Below the pieces are notes generated by a model. It did no database searches. It saw nothing but the letters and a program-made list of their open reading frames with translations, and was not told the origin of the DNA. A stretch of DNA of 64,000 bases from Desulfobacterales bacterium. GTDB lineage: Bacteria; Desulfobacterota; Desulfobacteria; Desulfobacterales; UBA5852. Positions 18,104 through 30,801 of the stretch are shown in pieces. A program made the translations under genes and the position numbers. Position 1 is the first letter of the stretch. Each line of letters opens with the position of its first letter. Location: positions 704,001 to 768,000 of the forward strand of contig CAXXVS010000002.1 of the NCBI GenBank assembly GCA_963674755.2. Direction: 5' to 3'.

Positions 18104-19379
18104 ACGATTTGCGGCGGCGCTGATCTTCTTGCTGCTATTGCCGGGCGGGCAGGCTGCGGCTGAGCCTTCGGCCGTTCACATTCTTACCGTGCAGGCGCCC
18201 ATTGGCCCCGGTGTAGCGGATTATATCGACGGCGCCATCGAGGCGGCCGATCAGGCGCAGGCGGCCTGCGTTGTCATCCAGCTCGATACCCCCGGCGGCT
18301 TGATGGAATCCATGCGCCAAATCGTTCAGAAGATCATGTCGGCCCGCACGCCGATCGTGGTGTATGTGGCCCCCTCCGGGGCCCGGGCCGCATCGGCCGG
18401 GGTGCTGATCACCGTCGCCGCCGATATCGCCGCCATGGCGCCGGGCACCAATATCGGGGCCGCCCATCCGGTGAGCGCCGGAGGAGGGGATATCCCCGAC
18501 ACCATGTCCGAAAAGGTGGTCAACGATATGGTGGCCCAGGCCCGCAGCATCGCCCAAGAGCGGGGCCGCAATGCCGACTGGGTGGAGGATGCGATTCGCT
18601 ACAGCGAGTCGATTACCGAGACCCAGGCCCTGCGCGAGAATGTGATCGACCTGATCGCCAATGACCTGGACAGCCTGCTGAACATGATCGACGGACGCAC
18701 CGTCAAGGGCAAGGGGGTTCTGCACGTCAAGGATGCCCCCCGCCAATTCGTCGAAGAGGGGCTGCGCATCAAGGTGTTAAAGGCGATCAGCAATCCGAAT
18801 ATCGCCTTTGTGCTCTTCCTCATCGGTGCGGCAGGGCTCTTTTTTGAACTCTCCCATCCCGGTGCCATATTGCCGGGGGTGCTCGGCGGCATCTGTTTGA
18901 TTCTATCGATCTACGCCTTCCAGATGCTGCCGGTCAACTATGTGGGCATTCTGATGCTGGGGTTGGCCCTGATCTTCTTTTTGCTGGAAATCAAGGTCAC
19001 CAGCTATGGCATGTTGAGCGTGGCGGGCGCCATAGCCCTCTTCATGGGCGGTTTGATGCTCTACCAGGGCTCGGATTATGGGGTCCGGCTGTCCATGGGC
19101 GTCCTGATCCCGGCCGTGGTGATCGTGTCCCTTTTTTTCGCCGCCGTTGCCAGCCTGGCTTTCAAGGCCCAGGTCACCCGGACCCGCACCGGCCTCCAGG
19201 GGCTGATCGGTGAGATTGGAACGGTCAAGCAGACCATCGATCCGGAGGGCCGGGTGCTGGTGCATGGTGAGTTGTGGCGTGCGCGCTCCGCAGCGGTTCT
19301 GGAGGTCGGTTGCAAAGTGCGCGTGGTTGCTGTGGATGGCCTGACAGCGACTGTGGAGGCAATGCCGCCCGAGGCTTAG
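18093..19379 (+). CDS. nfeD: NfeD membrane-bound ClpP-class protease
   Basis: LDTPGG, RAASAG, IGAAHPV, C-terminal OB GELWRA. Confidence 0.93.
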   Translation: MRFRRFAAALIFLLLLPGGQAAAEPSAVHILTVQAPIGPGVADYIDGAIEAADQAQAACVVIQLDTPGGLMESMRQIVQKIMSARTPIVVYVAPSGARAASAGVLITVAADIAAMAPGTNIGAAHPVSAGGGDIPDTMSEKVVNDMVAQARSIAQERGRNADWVEDAIRYSESITETQALRENVIDLIANDLDSLLNMIDGRTVKGKGVLHVKDAPRQFVEEGLRIKVLKAISNPNIAFVLFLIGAAGLFFELSHPGAILPGVLGGICLILSIYAFQMLPVNYVGILMLGLALIFFLLEIKVTSYGMLSVAGAIALFMGGLMLYQGSDYGVRLSMGVLIPAVVIVSLFFAAVASLAFKAQVTRTRTGLQGLIGEIGTVKQTIDPEGRVLVHGELWRARSAAVLEVGCKVRVVAVDGLTATVEAMPPEA

Positions 19380-19616
19380 TGTCCGTCCATAAACGGCATC
19401 TTTTGGCCCCCGGCCCGCCGCCGGTGGACCAAATCCACCTTTGGCGGACAAGCTGGCGTTCGCGCCTCCTGTCGGTCCTCGGCGTAGCCTGAGCTACGCC
19501 TGTGGGCGCCCGTCGGCGGCGGTTTGTTGAACACCGATGTGTTTAAAGATCAGGCGTGAAATCCCGCGCCGTGCGGCGGGACCAGGAACCAAAATCTCCC
19601 GTTTATGGACGGACAC
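19379..19616. mobile_element. MITE with 18-bp perfect terminal inverted repeats
   Basis: gtgtccgtccataaacgg (19379-19396) and ccgtttatggacggacac (19599-19616); internal ggcgtagc-ctga-gctacgcc hairpin. Confidence 0.8.
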
Positions 19617-19701
19617 GGGCGAACCCTCCGCCTCTGATAGGGATGATTCAGGGCGGTTATACTGATCCTATTAGACTTTTTATTATTAACGGGGAGGACC
19701 C

Positions 19702-20481
19702 ATGTATACAAGCATTCTCATCATTGTTCTGGTCGTTTTTTTTCTGTCGGCGGCCATCAAGATTCTCAATGAGTACGAGCGGGGCGTGATATTCCGGCTG
19801 GGGAGGGTTATCAATGCCAAAGGACCGGGATTGATCATCCTGATTCCGATCATCGACAAGATGGTCAAGGTCAGCCTGCGGCTGGTGGCACTCGATGTGG
19901 ACCCCCAGGACGTCATCACCCGGGACAATGTCTCGGTGAAGGTCAATGCCGTGATTTACTTCCGCGTGATCGATCCCACCAAGGCTATCATCGAGGTGGA
20001 AAATTACAGCTATGCCATGTCCCAGTTGGCCCAGACCACCATCCGCAGCGTCTGCGGGCAGGCGGAACTGGACGATTTGCTCTCGGAAAGGGATAAGATC
20101 AATGCCGAGCTGCAGGAGATCCTCGATACCCACACCGATCCCTGGGGCATCAAGGTGGCCACGGTGGAGCTCAAGCACATCGACCTGCCCCAGGAAATGC
20201 AGCGCGCCATGGCGCGCCAGGCCGAGGCCGAGCGTGACCGGCGTGCCAAGGTCATCAACGCCGAAGGCGAGCGGCAGGCCGCTGACAAACTGTCCGAGGC
20301 CGCCGCTATTATTGAAAAATATCCCATTGCCCTCCAGCTGCGCTACCTGCAGACGGTCAACGAGATGGCCAGCGAGAGCAATGCCACCACCATTTTTCCG
20401 ATCCCGATAGACCTTTTCCGGCCGCTGTTGGGAGGCTACGATAAGCAAGCGAAGGATCCGAAACCATCGGAGGAGAGTTGA
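19702..20481 (+). CDS. SPFH/stomatin (slipin) protein
   Basis: [38 protein letters not shown]; paired with nfeD. Confidence 0.96.
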   Translation: MYTSILIIVLVVFFLSAAIKILNEYERGVIFRLGRVINAKGPGLIILIPIIDKMVKVSLRLVALDVDPQDVITRDNVSVKVNAVIYFRVIDPTKAIIEVENYSYAMSQLAQTTIRSVCGQAELDDLLSERDKINAELQEILDTHTDPWGIKVATVELKHIDLPQEMQRAMARQAEAERDRRAKVINAEGERQAADKLSEAAAIIEKYPIALQLRYLQTVNEMASESNATTIFPIPIDLFRPLLGGYDKQAKDPKPSEES

Positions 20482-20579
20482 CACCCGTGGGGGCGGTGGT
20501 TTATCTAATGCGTTTCGCTGATGCTTGACGGAGGCCGAGCGGCCTCCGCTTGTACTTTGAAGAAAGGAGAAAACAGCGT

Positions 20580-20906
20580 ATGGGTGGTAAAAAAAAGGAA
20601 GCCAAGGAAAAACCGCTTGAGAAAATGACGGCGACCGAGCTGCGCGAAATTGCCAAGGAAACCCCCGGCATAACCGGGGCGCACGGCATGAACAAAGCCG
20701 AACTGGTGGCGGAGATCAAAAAGGCGCGCGGCATCGAAGAAACCGGCAGCAAGAAAAAAGACACCTCGCTTCGCGAGATCAAGGTCATGATCAAGGCCCT
20801 GAAAGAAAAGCGCTCCGCCGCGCTGGAGGCCGACGACCGCCGCATGGCCACCATTTATAAACGCCAGATATCCCGCCTCAAGAGCCGGGCGCGGCGGGCC
20901 GCCTGA
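20580..20906 (+). CDS. Small basic protein with Rho-N-terminal-like domain
   Basis: LEKMTATELREIAK..GMNKAELV. Confidence 0.8.
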   Translation: MGGKKKEAKEKPLEKMTATELREIAKETPGITGAHGMNKAELVAEIKKARGIEETGSKKKDTSLREIKVMIKALKEKRSAALEADDRRMATIYKRQISRLKSRARRAA

Positions 20907-20922
20907 GACGGAACCGACAGCC

Positions 20923-21561
20923 GTGGATGCTCCAATCGAAAATGCTTATATCGCCGATCGTTACAAACAGGGGCAAGAGCACACCTTTCGGGGGCTTGCC
21001 CCCGCTACCACGGCCTTCGATGTGGATGGTGTCATCGCCGACACCATGCGGCTGTTCATCGACATCGCCCGGGAGTCGTTTCAGATAGACCATCTGCGGT
21101 ATGAGGACATCACGACCTATCATCTGGACGAATGCCTCCACCTGGCACCGGATACCATCGAGGCCATCATCCGGCAGATTCTCGACGGCGGCCATGGCTT
21201 GCCGCTGCATACGATCAGCGGCTGCCGCCGGGCCATGGCCCGATTTGCGGCCGACGGGCAGCCGGTACGATTCGTGACCGCCCGTCCGGGGGCGGATGTG
21301 ATCCGCCCCTGGCTGGTGCAAAATCTACCGTTGCGGCCCGATCAGATCGAGGTGGTGGCGACCGGTTCCTTCGAAGCCAAGGTGGATGTTCTGCATGCCG
21401 AGGGCATACGGGTATTTGTGGAGGATCGGCTGGAGACCTGCTTCTTGCTGAGCCGGAGCGGTATTACGCCGATTCTTTTTGTTCAGCCCTGGAATCGTTT
21501 TCCGCACCCGTTCCGGGAAGTCGCTTCCTGGGAAGAGTTGGCCGCGATGATGGCGGGCTGA
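20923..21561 (+). CDS. HAD-superfamily 5'(3')-nucleotidase-like protein
   Basis: AFDVDGVIAD, FVTAR, FVEDR, QPWNR. Confidence 0.85.
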   Translation: MDAPIENAYIADRYKQGQEHTFRGLAPATTAFDVDGVIADTMRLFIDIARESFQIDHLRYEDITTYHLDECLHLAPDTIEAIIRQILDGGHGLPLHTISGCRRAMARFAADGQPVRFVTARPGADVIRPWLVQNLPLRPDQIEVVATGSFEAKVDVLHAEGIRVFVEDRLETCFLLSRSGITPILFVQPWNRFPHPFREVASWEELAAMMAG

Positions 21562-21573
21562 TCCTGCACTGAC

Positions 21574-22551
21574 ATGGGACAGCCACGGGAAGACCGGGCA
21601 AGGGCGGGAAGATTGGCAACGCATTCAGCTCCCATAGCGCTTGTGACGACGTTTCTGGAATCCCTGTCGGCCGAAAAAGGCTATTCGGCACATACGATCC
21701 GGGCCTATCGCAACGATTTGCTGGAATTTGCCGGCCTGGTTACGGACGAGGGAGAAAAGACGGACGACGGCCGGCCGACGGCGGCCCGGTTCGATCCCCG
21801 GCAGGTGGACAACCTGGCCATTCGGGGCTATCTGACCGTGTTGTACCGGAAGAACAGCAAGGCCACGATCGCCCGCAAATTATCGGCGATACGGTCCTTT
21901 TTCAGGTTTCTCATGCGCCAGGGCGTTATCGCGACCAATCCGGCCGAAGGGGTGCTGACACCCAAACAGGAAAAGAAGATTCCGTCCCATCTGACCGTGG
22001 ACGATATGTTCCGTCTGCTGGATGCCGTGCCGGATGAGCGCCTTTATGACTTGCGCAACCGGGCGATCTTCGAAACCCTGTATGCCACCGGCGTGCGGAT
22101 TTCGGAACTGGCCGGGCTGGATACCATCGATGTGGATTTGCACGCCAAACGGATCAGGGTCCACGGCAAGGGCAACAAGGAGCGTATGGCGCTTTTGGGG
22201 GAAAAGGCCGCCCGGGCGATCAGGACCTATCGGGAGCGCCTGTATCAGGAGACCGGCATCGCCCCCGAACATGGAGGGCCGCTGTTTCTCAACAAATTCA
22301 AGGGGCGTCTGACCACGCGCTCCATGGCGCGCTGCCTGGATCAGCTGGTGCGATCCTGCGGGATGCGGGTGCCGGTGTCACCCCACACCCTGCGGCATAG
22401 TTTTGCGACCCACATGCTCAATGCCGGCGCGGATCTGCGGGCCGTGCAGGAATTGCTCGGCCATGAAAGCCTTTCCACGACCCAGAAATATACCCACGTC
22501 AGCATTGACCGCCTGATGGAGGCCTACGACAAGGCCCATCCGCGGAAATAG
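21574..22551 (+). CDS. xerC: Tyrosine recombinase XerC
   Basis: TIRAYRNDL, GVRISEL, GKGNKER, HTLRHSFATH, LGHESLSTTQKY; upstream of hslVU. Confidence 0.92.
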   Translation: MGQPREDRARAGRLATHSAPIALVTTFLESLSAEKGYSAHTIRAYRNDLLEFAGLVTDEGEKTDDGRPTAARFDPRQVDNLAIRGYLTVLYRKNSKATIARKLSAIRSFFRFLMRQGVIATNPAEGVLTPKQEKKIPSHLTVDDMFRLLDAVPDERLYDLRNRAIFETLYATGVRISELAGLDTIDVDLHAKRIRVHGKGNKERMALLGEKAARAIRTYRERLYQETGIAPEHGGPLFLNKFKGRLTTRSMARCLDQLVRSCGMRVPVSPHTLRHSFATHMLNAGADLRAVQELLGHESLSTTQKYTHVSIDRLMEAYDKAHPRK

Positions 22552-22584
22552 GGCGGCCTGGCCGCCGGGGGAGAAATCGGTATC

Positions 22585-23115
22585 ATGAAAATTCGGGGAA
22601 CCACCATACTGGCCGTGCGGCACCAGGGCCGATTGGCGCTGGCCGGCGACGGGCAGGTGAGCATGAACAACACGGTGGTCAAACACCATGCCCGCAAAGT
22701 CCGGCGGATTTACAACGAGCGCATCATCGTCGGTTTCGCGGGCGCCACGGCCGACGCCCTGACCCTGTCGGAAAAGCTGGAGGGCAAGCTTGAGCGCTAT
22801 AACGGCAATTTGATCCGCAGTGCCGTGGAGCTGGCCCGGGAATGGCGCACGGACAAATATTTGAGGCGCCTGGAAGCCCTGATGATCGCGGCCGACGAGA
22901 CGAGCACCCTGCTGATTTCGGGCAATGGCGACGTCATTGAGCCGGACGACGGGATTCTGGCCATCGGATCCGGCGGGGTGGCGGCCCAGGCCGCCGCCCG
23001 GGCCCTGGTGAGCCATACCACCCTGAGTGCGCGCGAAATCGTGGAAGCCGCCATGCAGATTGCAGGCGATATTTGTGTGTTCACCAATCACCACCTGACC
23101 ATCGAAGAAGCCTGA
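22585..23115 (+). CDS. hslV: ATP-dependent protease subunit HslV
   Basis: [28 protein letters not shown]. Confidence 0.97.
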   Translation: MKIRGTTILAVRHQGRLALAGDGQVSMNNTVVKHHARKVRRIYNERIIVGFAGATADALTLSEKLEGKLERYNGNLIRSAVELAREWRTDKYLRRLEALMIAADETSTLLISGNGDVIEPDDGILAIGSGGVAAQAAARALVSHTTLSAREIVEAAMQIAGDICVFTNHHLTIEEA

Positions 23116-23170
23116 TCGGGCAAGGCCGCCACACGTTGGCGGCAATGCTGCAAAGAACCGAGGATCCGTA

Positions 23171-24565
23171 ATGACAATGGATAGCATGGAGAACCTGAAA
23201 CCGGCCGATACGGTACGGCAGCTGGACAAATACATCATCGGGCAGCACCAGGCCAAGCGTTCCGTGGCCATCGCCCTGCGCAACCGCTGGCGCCGCCAGA
23301 ACGTTCAGGAAGAGCTGCGGGATGAAATCGCCCCCAAGAACATCATCCTGATCGGGCCCACCGGGGTGGGCAAGACCGAGATCGCCCGTCGCATTTCCCT
23401 GCTGGCGGACGCGCCCTTTTATAAGGTGGAAGCCTCCAAGTTTACCGAGGTGGGCTACGTGGGCCGTGATGTGGAGTCGATGGTGCGGGATTTGCTGGAA
23501 CTGACCATCACCCAGATGAAAATCCGGTCCCAGGAAGAGGTGCAGCCCAAGGCCCGGGAGCTGGCCGAGGATCGTCTGCTGGACATCCTGTTGCCCAAAC
23601 CGGCGGCCGCCCCGCGCGGTTTTCAGCTCCGCCCGGCAGAGGCCGCGGAGGCGCCCCGCCCGGCCGAGGCCACGCCGGAGGTCTCCACGGGGACCCGCGA
23701 AAAACTGCGCCGCATGCTCAAGGACGGCAAGCTGGACGAACGCGAGGTGGAGGTCTCGGTTGCCGATCGATCAACGCCCATGGTGGAGATCTTCTCCAAT
23801 TCCGGCATGGAGGAGATGGGCTTCAACTTCAAGGATATGCTGGGGGGGCTGCTTCCCAAGAACACCAAGAAGCGCAAGATGAAGGTACACGAAGCCCGCG
23901 AGCTGCTCATCCAGGAAGAGGCCCAGAGTCTGGTGGATATGGACAAGGTGGTCAAAAGCGCCATCGAGAAGGTGGAACAGTCCGGGATTATCTTTCTCGA
24001 CGAGATCGACAAGATCGTCGGCACGGGCCAGAAACAGGGCCCCGACATCTCCCGGGAAGGCGTGCAGCGCGACCTGCTGCCCATCGTGGAGGGCAGTACG
24101 GTGAACACCAAGTACGGTCCGGTCAAGACCGATCACATCCTCTTCATCGGGGCCGGCGCGTTTCACACCATCAAGCCCTCGGACATGATCCCGGAACTGC
24201 AGGGGCGTTTTCCCATCCGCGTGGAGTTGAGCTCCCTGGGCAAGGACGACTTTTACCGCATCCTCAAGGAACCCCGCAATGCCCTGCTGCTGCAATACCA
24301 GGCCATGCTGGAGACCGAGGGCGTCACCCTGACCTTTAGCGACGATGCCGTGCAGACCATCGCCGCCATTGCCGAAGAGGTCAACGCCCGCACCGAGGAT
24401 ATCGGCGCCCGGCGCCTGCACACCCTGATGGAGCGGTTGCTGGAAGACATCCTTTTCGAAGCGCCCGATATCGACACCAAGCACATCGACATCGACCGCG
24501 ACTATGTCTTGGCGCACCTGGAAAGCGTCAAAGACGACGAAGATTTGAGCCGCTATATCCTCTAG
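23171..24565 (+). CDS. hslU: ATP-dependent protease ATPase HslU
   Basis: [32 protein letters not shown]. Confidence 0.98.
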   Translation: MTMDSMENLKPADTVRQLDKYIIGQHQAKRSVAIALRNRWRRQNVQEELRDEIAPKNIILIGPTGVGKTEIARRISLLADAPFYKVEASKFTEVGYVGRDVESMVRDLLELTITQMKIRSQEEVQPKARELAEDRLLDILLPKPAAAPRGFQLRPAEAAEAPRPAEATPEVSTGTREKLRRMLKDGKLDEREVEVSVADRSTPMVEIFSNSGMEEMGFNFKDMLGGLLPKNTKKRKMKVHEARELLIQEEAQSLVDMDKVVKSAIEKVEQSGIIFLDEIDKIVGTGQKQGPDISREGVQRDLLPIVEGSTVNTKYGPVKTDHILFIGAGAFHTIKPSDMIPELQGRFPIRVELSSLGKDDFYRILKEPRNALLLQYQAMLETEGVTLTFSDDAVQTIAAIAEEVNARTEDIGARRLHTLMERLLEDILFEAPDIDTKHIDIDRDYVLAHLESVKDDEDLSRYIL

Positions 24566-24595
24566 CGGCCCCCCTTTAGCCAAGGAGCTGAGGCG

Positions 24596-25492
24596 ATGGC
24601 GTCTGACAATAGGGCCCCGTCCCCGAGTGTGGCGGATATCCTGGTGGAAGCCCTGCCGTATATCCGCCGCTTTTCCGGCATGACCATCGTTATCAAGTAT
24701 GGCGGCCATGCCATGGTGGATCCCCAATTGCGGGACGATTTCGCGCGTGATGTCACCCTGCTGAAATTCATCGGACTCAACCCGGTGGTGGTGCACGGCG
24801 GCGGCCCCCAGATCAATTCGGTACTGGACCAGATGGGCATCCGTCCCAAGTTCGTGCGCGGCATGCGCATGACCGACGAGCGCACCATGGACGTGGTCGA
24901 AATGGTCCTGGGGGGCAAGGTCAACAAGAGCATCGTGGCCCTGATCAACCGCCACGGGGGGCGCGCCGTGGGGCTGAGCGGCAAGGACGGCGGTTTGATC
25001 GAGGCCGAAAAGCTGCAGATCGTCAAGCAGGACACCGTCGATTCCCCGCCGGAAATCATCGATCCCGGCCTGGTGGGCAAGGTGACCCGCATCCGCCCCG
25101 AGATCATCCACACCCTCACCACCCAGGGCTTCATTCCCATCGTGGCGCCGGTGGGCACGGGGCCCAACGGGGAGACCTTCAACATCAACGCCGACCTGGT
25201 GGCCAGCCATATCGCCCGGGCCCTCGAAGCCCGGCGGCTGGTCTATCTGACCGATGTGGACGGCGTATTGGACAAAGAGGGCCGCTTGATCTCCTCCATC
25301 GGCCGGACTGAAATTCAGACCCTGATTGCCGACGGGACGGTATCGGGCGGCATGATTCCCAAAATCGAGCATGCCCTGGCGGCCCTCGAGGGCGGGGTCA
25401 AAAAGGTTCCCATTATCAACGGTACCCAACGCCATGCCTTGCTGCTGGAGCTCTTCACCGACAGCGGCATCGGAACGGAAGTGACGGAATGA
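24596..25492 (+). CDS. argB: Acetylglutamate kinase
   Basis: [28 protein letters not shown]. Confidence 0.97.
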   Translation: MASDNRAPSPSVADILVEALPYIRRFSGMTIVIKYGGHAMVDPQLRDDFARDVTLLKFIGLNPVVVHGGGPQINSVLDQMGIRPKFVRGMRMTDERTMDVVEMVLGGKVNKSIVALINRHGGRAVGLSGKDGGLIEAEKLQIVKQDTVDSPPEIIDPGLVGKVTRIRPEIIHTLTTQGFIPIVAPVGTGPNGETFNINADLVASHIARALEARRLVYLTDVDGVLDKEGRLISSIGRTEIQTLIADGTVSGGMIPKIEHALAALEGGVKKVPIINGTQRHALLLELFTDSGIGTEVTE

Positions 25493-26679
25493 ACCAGACC
25501 ACGATCGATACGGCGGAAAAAGTGCTGGCAACGACGTACGCCCGTTTGCCGGTGGTGTTTGAAAAAGGGCAGGGCGCCACCCTGTGGGATACGGAAGGCC
25601 GCCGCTACACCGACTTCCTGGCCGGGATTGCGGTGTGCGGGCTCGGACACGCTCACCCGGCCGTGCAGGCCGCCCTGGCGGAACAGGCCGGCCGCCTGCT
25701 GCATGTCTCCAATCTCTTCTATACCCGGCCCCAGACCGAGCTGGCCGAGTGGCTGACCCGCCACAGTTTTGCGGACCGCGTATTCTTCTGCAACAGCGGG
25801 GCCGAGGCCAACGAGGCCGCCATAAAGCTGGCCCGTAAATACTTCTACGACCAGGGGGAGGTCGGGCGCTACCGCATCATCGCCATGGAACAGTCGTTTC
25901 ACGGCCGCACCATGGGCAGTCTTTCGGCCACCGGCCAGACCAAAATCCGCAAGGGCTTCGAACCGGTCCTGGAGGGCTTCGAATTCGTGCCCTTCAACGA
26001 TATCGATGCCCTGCAGGCCGCCCTGGATCCGAGCGTGGGGGCGGTCATGCTGGAACCGCTCCAGGGCGAGGGCGGGATCATCTGCCCGGATCCCGGCTAT
26101 CTGCCGGCGGTACGGCGCCTGTGTGACCAGACCGGCACCCTGCTGATCCTGGACGAGGTCCAGACCGGCATGGGCCGCACCGGCAAACTCTTCGCCCACG
26201 AGCACGACGGCATCGTGCCGGACATCATGACCCTGGCCAAGGCCCTCGGCAATGGCTTGCCCATCGGCGCCATGCTGGCCCGGGAAGGCGTGGCCGAGGC
26301 CTTCGGACCCGGGGCCCATGCCACCACCTTCGGCGGGACCCCCATCATGGCGGCCGGTGCCCTGGCGGTGGTGCGGACCATGGAGGCCGAGGATATCGTC
26401 GGCCAGGCGGCCAAGACCGGCGCCTATTTCAAGGCGCGTTTAGAAGAACTGAAGGACCGGCACGTCCGGATCAAAGAAGTCCGCGGCCGCGGTCTGCTGC
26501 TGGGGCTGAGGCTCAGGGGCGAGGGCGCCCCTGTGGTCAGGGCCTGCCTGGAACGCGGCTTTATCATCAATTGTGTGCAGGGGGACGTGCTGCGCTTTGC
26601 GCCCCCGCTGATCATTGCGCCCCGTGAGATCGACGCGCTGATCGAATGCCTGGATGCTATTTTTTCAACGGAGGAGTAA
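25489..26679 (+). CDS. argD: Acetylornithine aminotransferase
   Basis: [32 protein letters not shown]; position in arg cluster. Confidence 0.93.
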   Translation: MNQTTIDTAEKVLATTYARLPVVFEKGQGATLWDTEGRRYTDFLAGIAVCGLGHAHPAVQAALAEQAGRLLHVSNLFYTRPQTELAEWLTRHSFADRVFFCNSGAEANEAAIKLARKYFYDQGEVGRYRIIAMEQSFHGRTMGSLSATGQTKIRKGFEPVLEGFEFVPFNDIDALQAALDPSVGAVMLEPLQGEGGIICPDPGYLPAVRRLCDQTGTLLILDEVQTGMGRTGKLFAHEHDGIVPDIMTLAKALGNGLPIGAMLAREGVAEAFGPGAHATTFGGTPIMAAGALAVVRTMEAEDIVGQAAKTGAYFKARLEELKDRHVRIKEVRGRGLLLGLRLRGEGAPVVRACLERGFIINCVQGDVLRFAPPLIIAPREIDALIECLDAIFSTEE

Positions 26680-26684
26680 TCAAA

Positions 26685-27893
<1,209 letters not shown>

Positions 27894-27973
27894 ACAAGCA
27901 AGCCTGCCGTGCGGGTCGCCCCACGGCAGGTCGCAGGCCTTTGGATTAAAAAGGATAGGGCAGGGAGACGACC

Positions 27974-29380
27974 ATGACGCATAAACCCTGGGACGGCCGT
28001 TTTGCTGAAGCGACGGACAAGACGGTGGAGGCTTTCACCTCGTCCATCGCCATCGATCGGCGGCTCTACCGGCACGATATTAACGGCAGTATCGCCCATT
28101 GCCGCATGCTGGCCCGGGCCGCGATCATTTCGGAAGAGGACGCCCGGCAGCTGGTGGCCGGGCTCGAACAGATCCGGGAAGAGATCGAGGACGGGCGCTT
28201 TGTCTACGACGACCGCCTGGAAGACATCCACATGCACGTGGAAAACCGTCTGGCCGAGATCGTGGGGGCGGTGGCCCGCAAGCTGCACACCGCCCGCAGC
28301 CGCAACGACCAGGTGGCCCTGGATGCCCGCCTCTACCTGGCAGAGGAAACCCGCCGCATCGTTTGCCAGTTGCACGGCCTCAGGCAGGTGCTGGTGGATG
28401 CGGCCAAGGCCAATCTCGGCACGATCATGCCGGGCTACACCCATATGCAGCGGGCCCAGCCGGTTTTGCTGTCCCATCACCTGATGGCCTATTATGAGAT
28501 GTTCACCCGTGACAGCGAACGGTTCCGGGACGCGCTGGTGCGCATCGCGGTCAACCCGCTGGGCGCAGCCGCGCTGGCCGGCACCACCTTTGCCATCGAC
28601 CGCGCCGATACGGCCGCCCAGCTGGGCCTGCCCCGGATTTGTGCCAACAGCATGGATGCCGTGGCGGACCGGGACTTCATGCTGGAATTCCTGGCGGCGG
28701 CCAGCATCGGCATGGTGCATTTCAGCCGCTTGTCGGAAGAGCTGGTCTTGTGGGCCAGCAGCGAATTCAATTTCATCGAAATGCCGGATGCCTTTGCCAC
28801 CGGGAGCAGCATCATGCCCCAGAAGAAAAACCCGGACGTGCCGGAATTGATCCGGGGCAAAGCCGGGCGGGTCTTCGGTGATCTGGTGGCCCTGCTCACC
28901 ACCATGAAAGGCCTGCCGCTGGCCTACAACCGGGACATGCAGGAAGACAAGACCCCGCTTTTCAGTACGGTGGACACCCTGCAGGCCTGCATTGCCATCA
29001 TGACCGCCATGCTGCCGCGGGTGACCTTTAAGAAAGCGGTCATGCGCCGGGCCACCGCGAGCGGTTTCCTCAACGCGACGGACATGGCCGATTATCTCGT
29101 GGGCCGGGGTCTTCCCTTCCGCGAGGCCCACGGCGTGGTGGGCCGCGCCGTGGCCTACGCCCTCGAAAAGGGCAAGGAGCTGGAACAGCTTTCCCTGGAA
29201 GAGCTGCAAACCTTTTCGGACGCCATCGACAAGACGCTCTTTGAAGCCCTGGCGGTGGAGCAGGTCGTCAACCGGCGCACATCAGCGGGCGGAACGGCCG
29301 CCGCCCTGGTGGAGGCGGCTGTCCAGCAGGCGGCGCAGCAATTGGCCGGTGAAGATTTGCCCGAAACGGAGCCGGCGTGA
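27974..29380 (+). CDS. argH: Argininosuccinate lyase
   Basis: HTARSRNDQ, PGYTHMQRAQP, GSSIMPQKKNPD. Confidence 0.98.
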   Translation: MTHKPWDGRFAEATDKTVEAFTSSIAIDRRLYRHDINGSIAHCRMLARAAIISEEDARQLVAGLEQIREEIEDGRFVYDDRLEDIHMHVENRLAEIVGAVARKLHTARSRNDQVALDARLYLAEETRRIVCQLHGLRQVLVDAAKANLGTIMPGYTHMQRAQPVLLSHHLMAYYEMFTRDSERFRDALVRIAVNPLGAAALAGTTFAIDRADTAAQLGLPRICANSMDAVADRDFMLEFLAAASIGMVHFSRLSEELVLWASSEFNFIEMPDAFATGSSIMPQKKNPDVPELIRGKAGRVFGDLVALLTTMKGLPLAYNRDMQEDKTPLFSTVDTLQACIAIMTAMLPRVTFKKAVMRRATASGFLNATDMADYLVGRGLPFREAHGVVGRAVAYALEKGKELEQLSLEELQTFSDAIDKTLFEALAVEQVVNRRTSAGGTAAALVEAAVQQAAQQLAGEDLPETEPA

Positions 29381-29832
29381 TGACGCTCCGATCCTTCAAG
29401 CATGCGCCGAATGTCCGGCAATCCACCATTCTGGGGCTGTGCGCGCTGGTCGTCATGGCCGGACTGGCGGCCGGGTGCGGTAAAAAAGGCCCGCCCACAT
29501 TGCCGAAAACCGCGACACCGGCCGGGGTGACGAACCTGGCGGCAGTCCAGCAGGGGGAGGAGATCGTGCTGACCTGGACGGGACCTGCCGCAGCCGGTTA
29601 TCAGGTCTACCGGTCCGCGGAACCCGTGGCCGATGGGGACTGCGAGGGCTGCCCGATATTGTTCGAACGCCTGGCCAAACTGCCAACCGCCGGCGAAGGC
29701 GAAACCCCGCCGCCCATGACCTATCGGGAGCCGAGCATGCCCGGAACGCGCTACCATTTCAAAGTGGTGCCCTACGATGCCCAGGGACAGCTCGGTCCGG
29801 ACTCCAATATCGCCACCATCATCACGGAATAG
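29377..29832 (+). CDS. Lipoprotein with Fn3-like domain
   Basis: AGCGKKGPP lipobox, CEGCP motif. Confidence 0.85.
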   Translation: MMTLRSFKHAPNVRQSTILGLCALVVMAGLAAGCGKKGPPTLPKTATPAGVTNLAAVQQGEEIVLTWTGPAAAGYQVYRSAEPVADGDCEGCPILFERLAKLPTAGEGETPPPMTYREPSMPGTRYHFKVVPYDAQGQLGPDSNIATIITE

Positions 29833-29880
29833 GCGCGCGGGCGGTGCTGCCCAGCCATAAAAACACACGGGGAGATCATC

Positions 29881-29970
29881 ATGCCTCATTCCCATTTCGT
29901 CCGCAATCATCCGGCGTATGACGATCCGGCCAGCGCTGACGCCGTCCCCGATATTCCCGAAACGAGGTGA
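29881..29970 (+). pseudogene. 29-codon mini-ORF, possible lysA deletion scar
   Basis: GGGGAG SD, MPHSHFVRNHPAYDDPASADAVPDIPETR*, stop 3 nt before dapF ATG. Confidence 0.35.
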
Positions 29971-29973
29971 CCC

Positions 29974-30801
29974 ATGTCCACGCCGATCCCCTTTTTCAAG
30001 ATGAATGGCTGCGGCAACGATTTTATCGTGATCGACAACCGTACGGCGCGGCTGGCATCCGATCCGGCCGCCTTCAGTCGGAGCGTCTGCCGCCGCAAAC
30101 TGTCTGTGGGCGCGGACGGCCTGATCCTGATCGAGCCTTCCGATACCTTCGATTTCCAATGGCAATTCTACAACGCCGATGGCAGCCGGGCGGAAATGTG
30201 CGGCAATGGGGCCCGTTGCGCCGCCCGGTTGGCCCACCTCCTGGGCATCGCCGGCCAAAAGATGGTGTTCCTGACCGATGCCGGCCCCATCGAAGCCGGG
30301 ATACGCGGCGATCAGGTTAAAATTAAAATGACGCCGCCCTCGGATTGCCGGACGGACGTGGCCATCGATCTGAGTATCGGGTGCCGCACGGTCAGCAGCA
30401 TCAACACCGGCGTTCCCCATGTGGTGCTGGAAACAAACCGTTTGGCGGAAGCGGACGTTGTGTCCTTGGGACGGGAAATCCGCCGCCACGCCCACTTCGC
30501 GCCGGCCGGCACGAACGTCAATTTTGTTCAGCCGGATGACGAAAAGCGCCTGCAGGTAAGGACGTACGAACGCGGCGTGGAGGATGAAACCCTGGCCTGC
30601 GGGACGGGCTGCGTCGCTGCGGCCCTGGTGACAGCCCTCCGACAGGGCTGGCCTTCCCCCATTCCGGTCGTCACCCGCAGCGGGGGGATTCTGACCATCC
30701 ATTTTCAGAAGGGCGGCGATCGCTTCCACGATGTCTATCTGGAGGGCGACGCCCGCTTGGTCTATACCGGCGAGATTCAACCGGATGCACTGCGCCCCTG
30801 A
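29974..30801 (+). CDS. dapF: Diaminopimelate epimerase
   Basis: GNDFI, EMCGNG, RTYERGVEDETLACGTG. Confidence 0.97.
   Translation: MSTPIPFFKMNGCGNDFIVIDNRTARLASDPAAFSRSVCRRKLSVGADGLILIEPSDTFDFQWQFYNADGSRAEMCGNGARCAARLAHLLGIAGQKMVFLTDAGPIEAGIRGDQVKIKMTPPSDCRTDVAIDLSIGCRTVSSINTGVPHVVLETNRLAEADVVSLGREIRRHAHFAPAGTNVNFVQPDDEKRLQVRTYERGVEDETLACGTGCVAAALVTALRQGWPSPIPVVTRSGGILTIHFQKGGDRFHDVYLEGDARLVYTGEIQPDALRP

Noticed and set aside
21574..22551. Tyrosine recombinase as an integron or phage integrase serving the island
   Set aside because: Lacks the IntI-specific insertion and sits in the conserved xerC-hslVU context.
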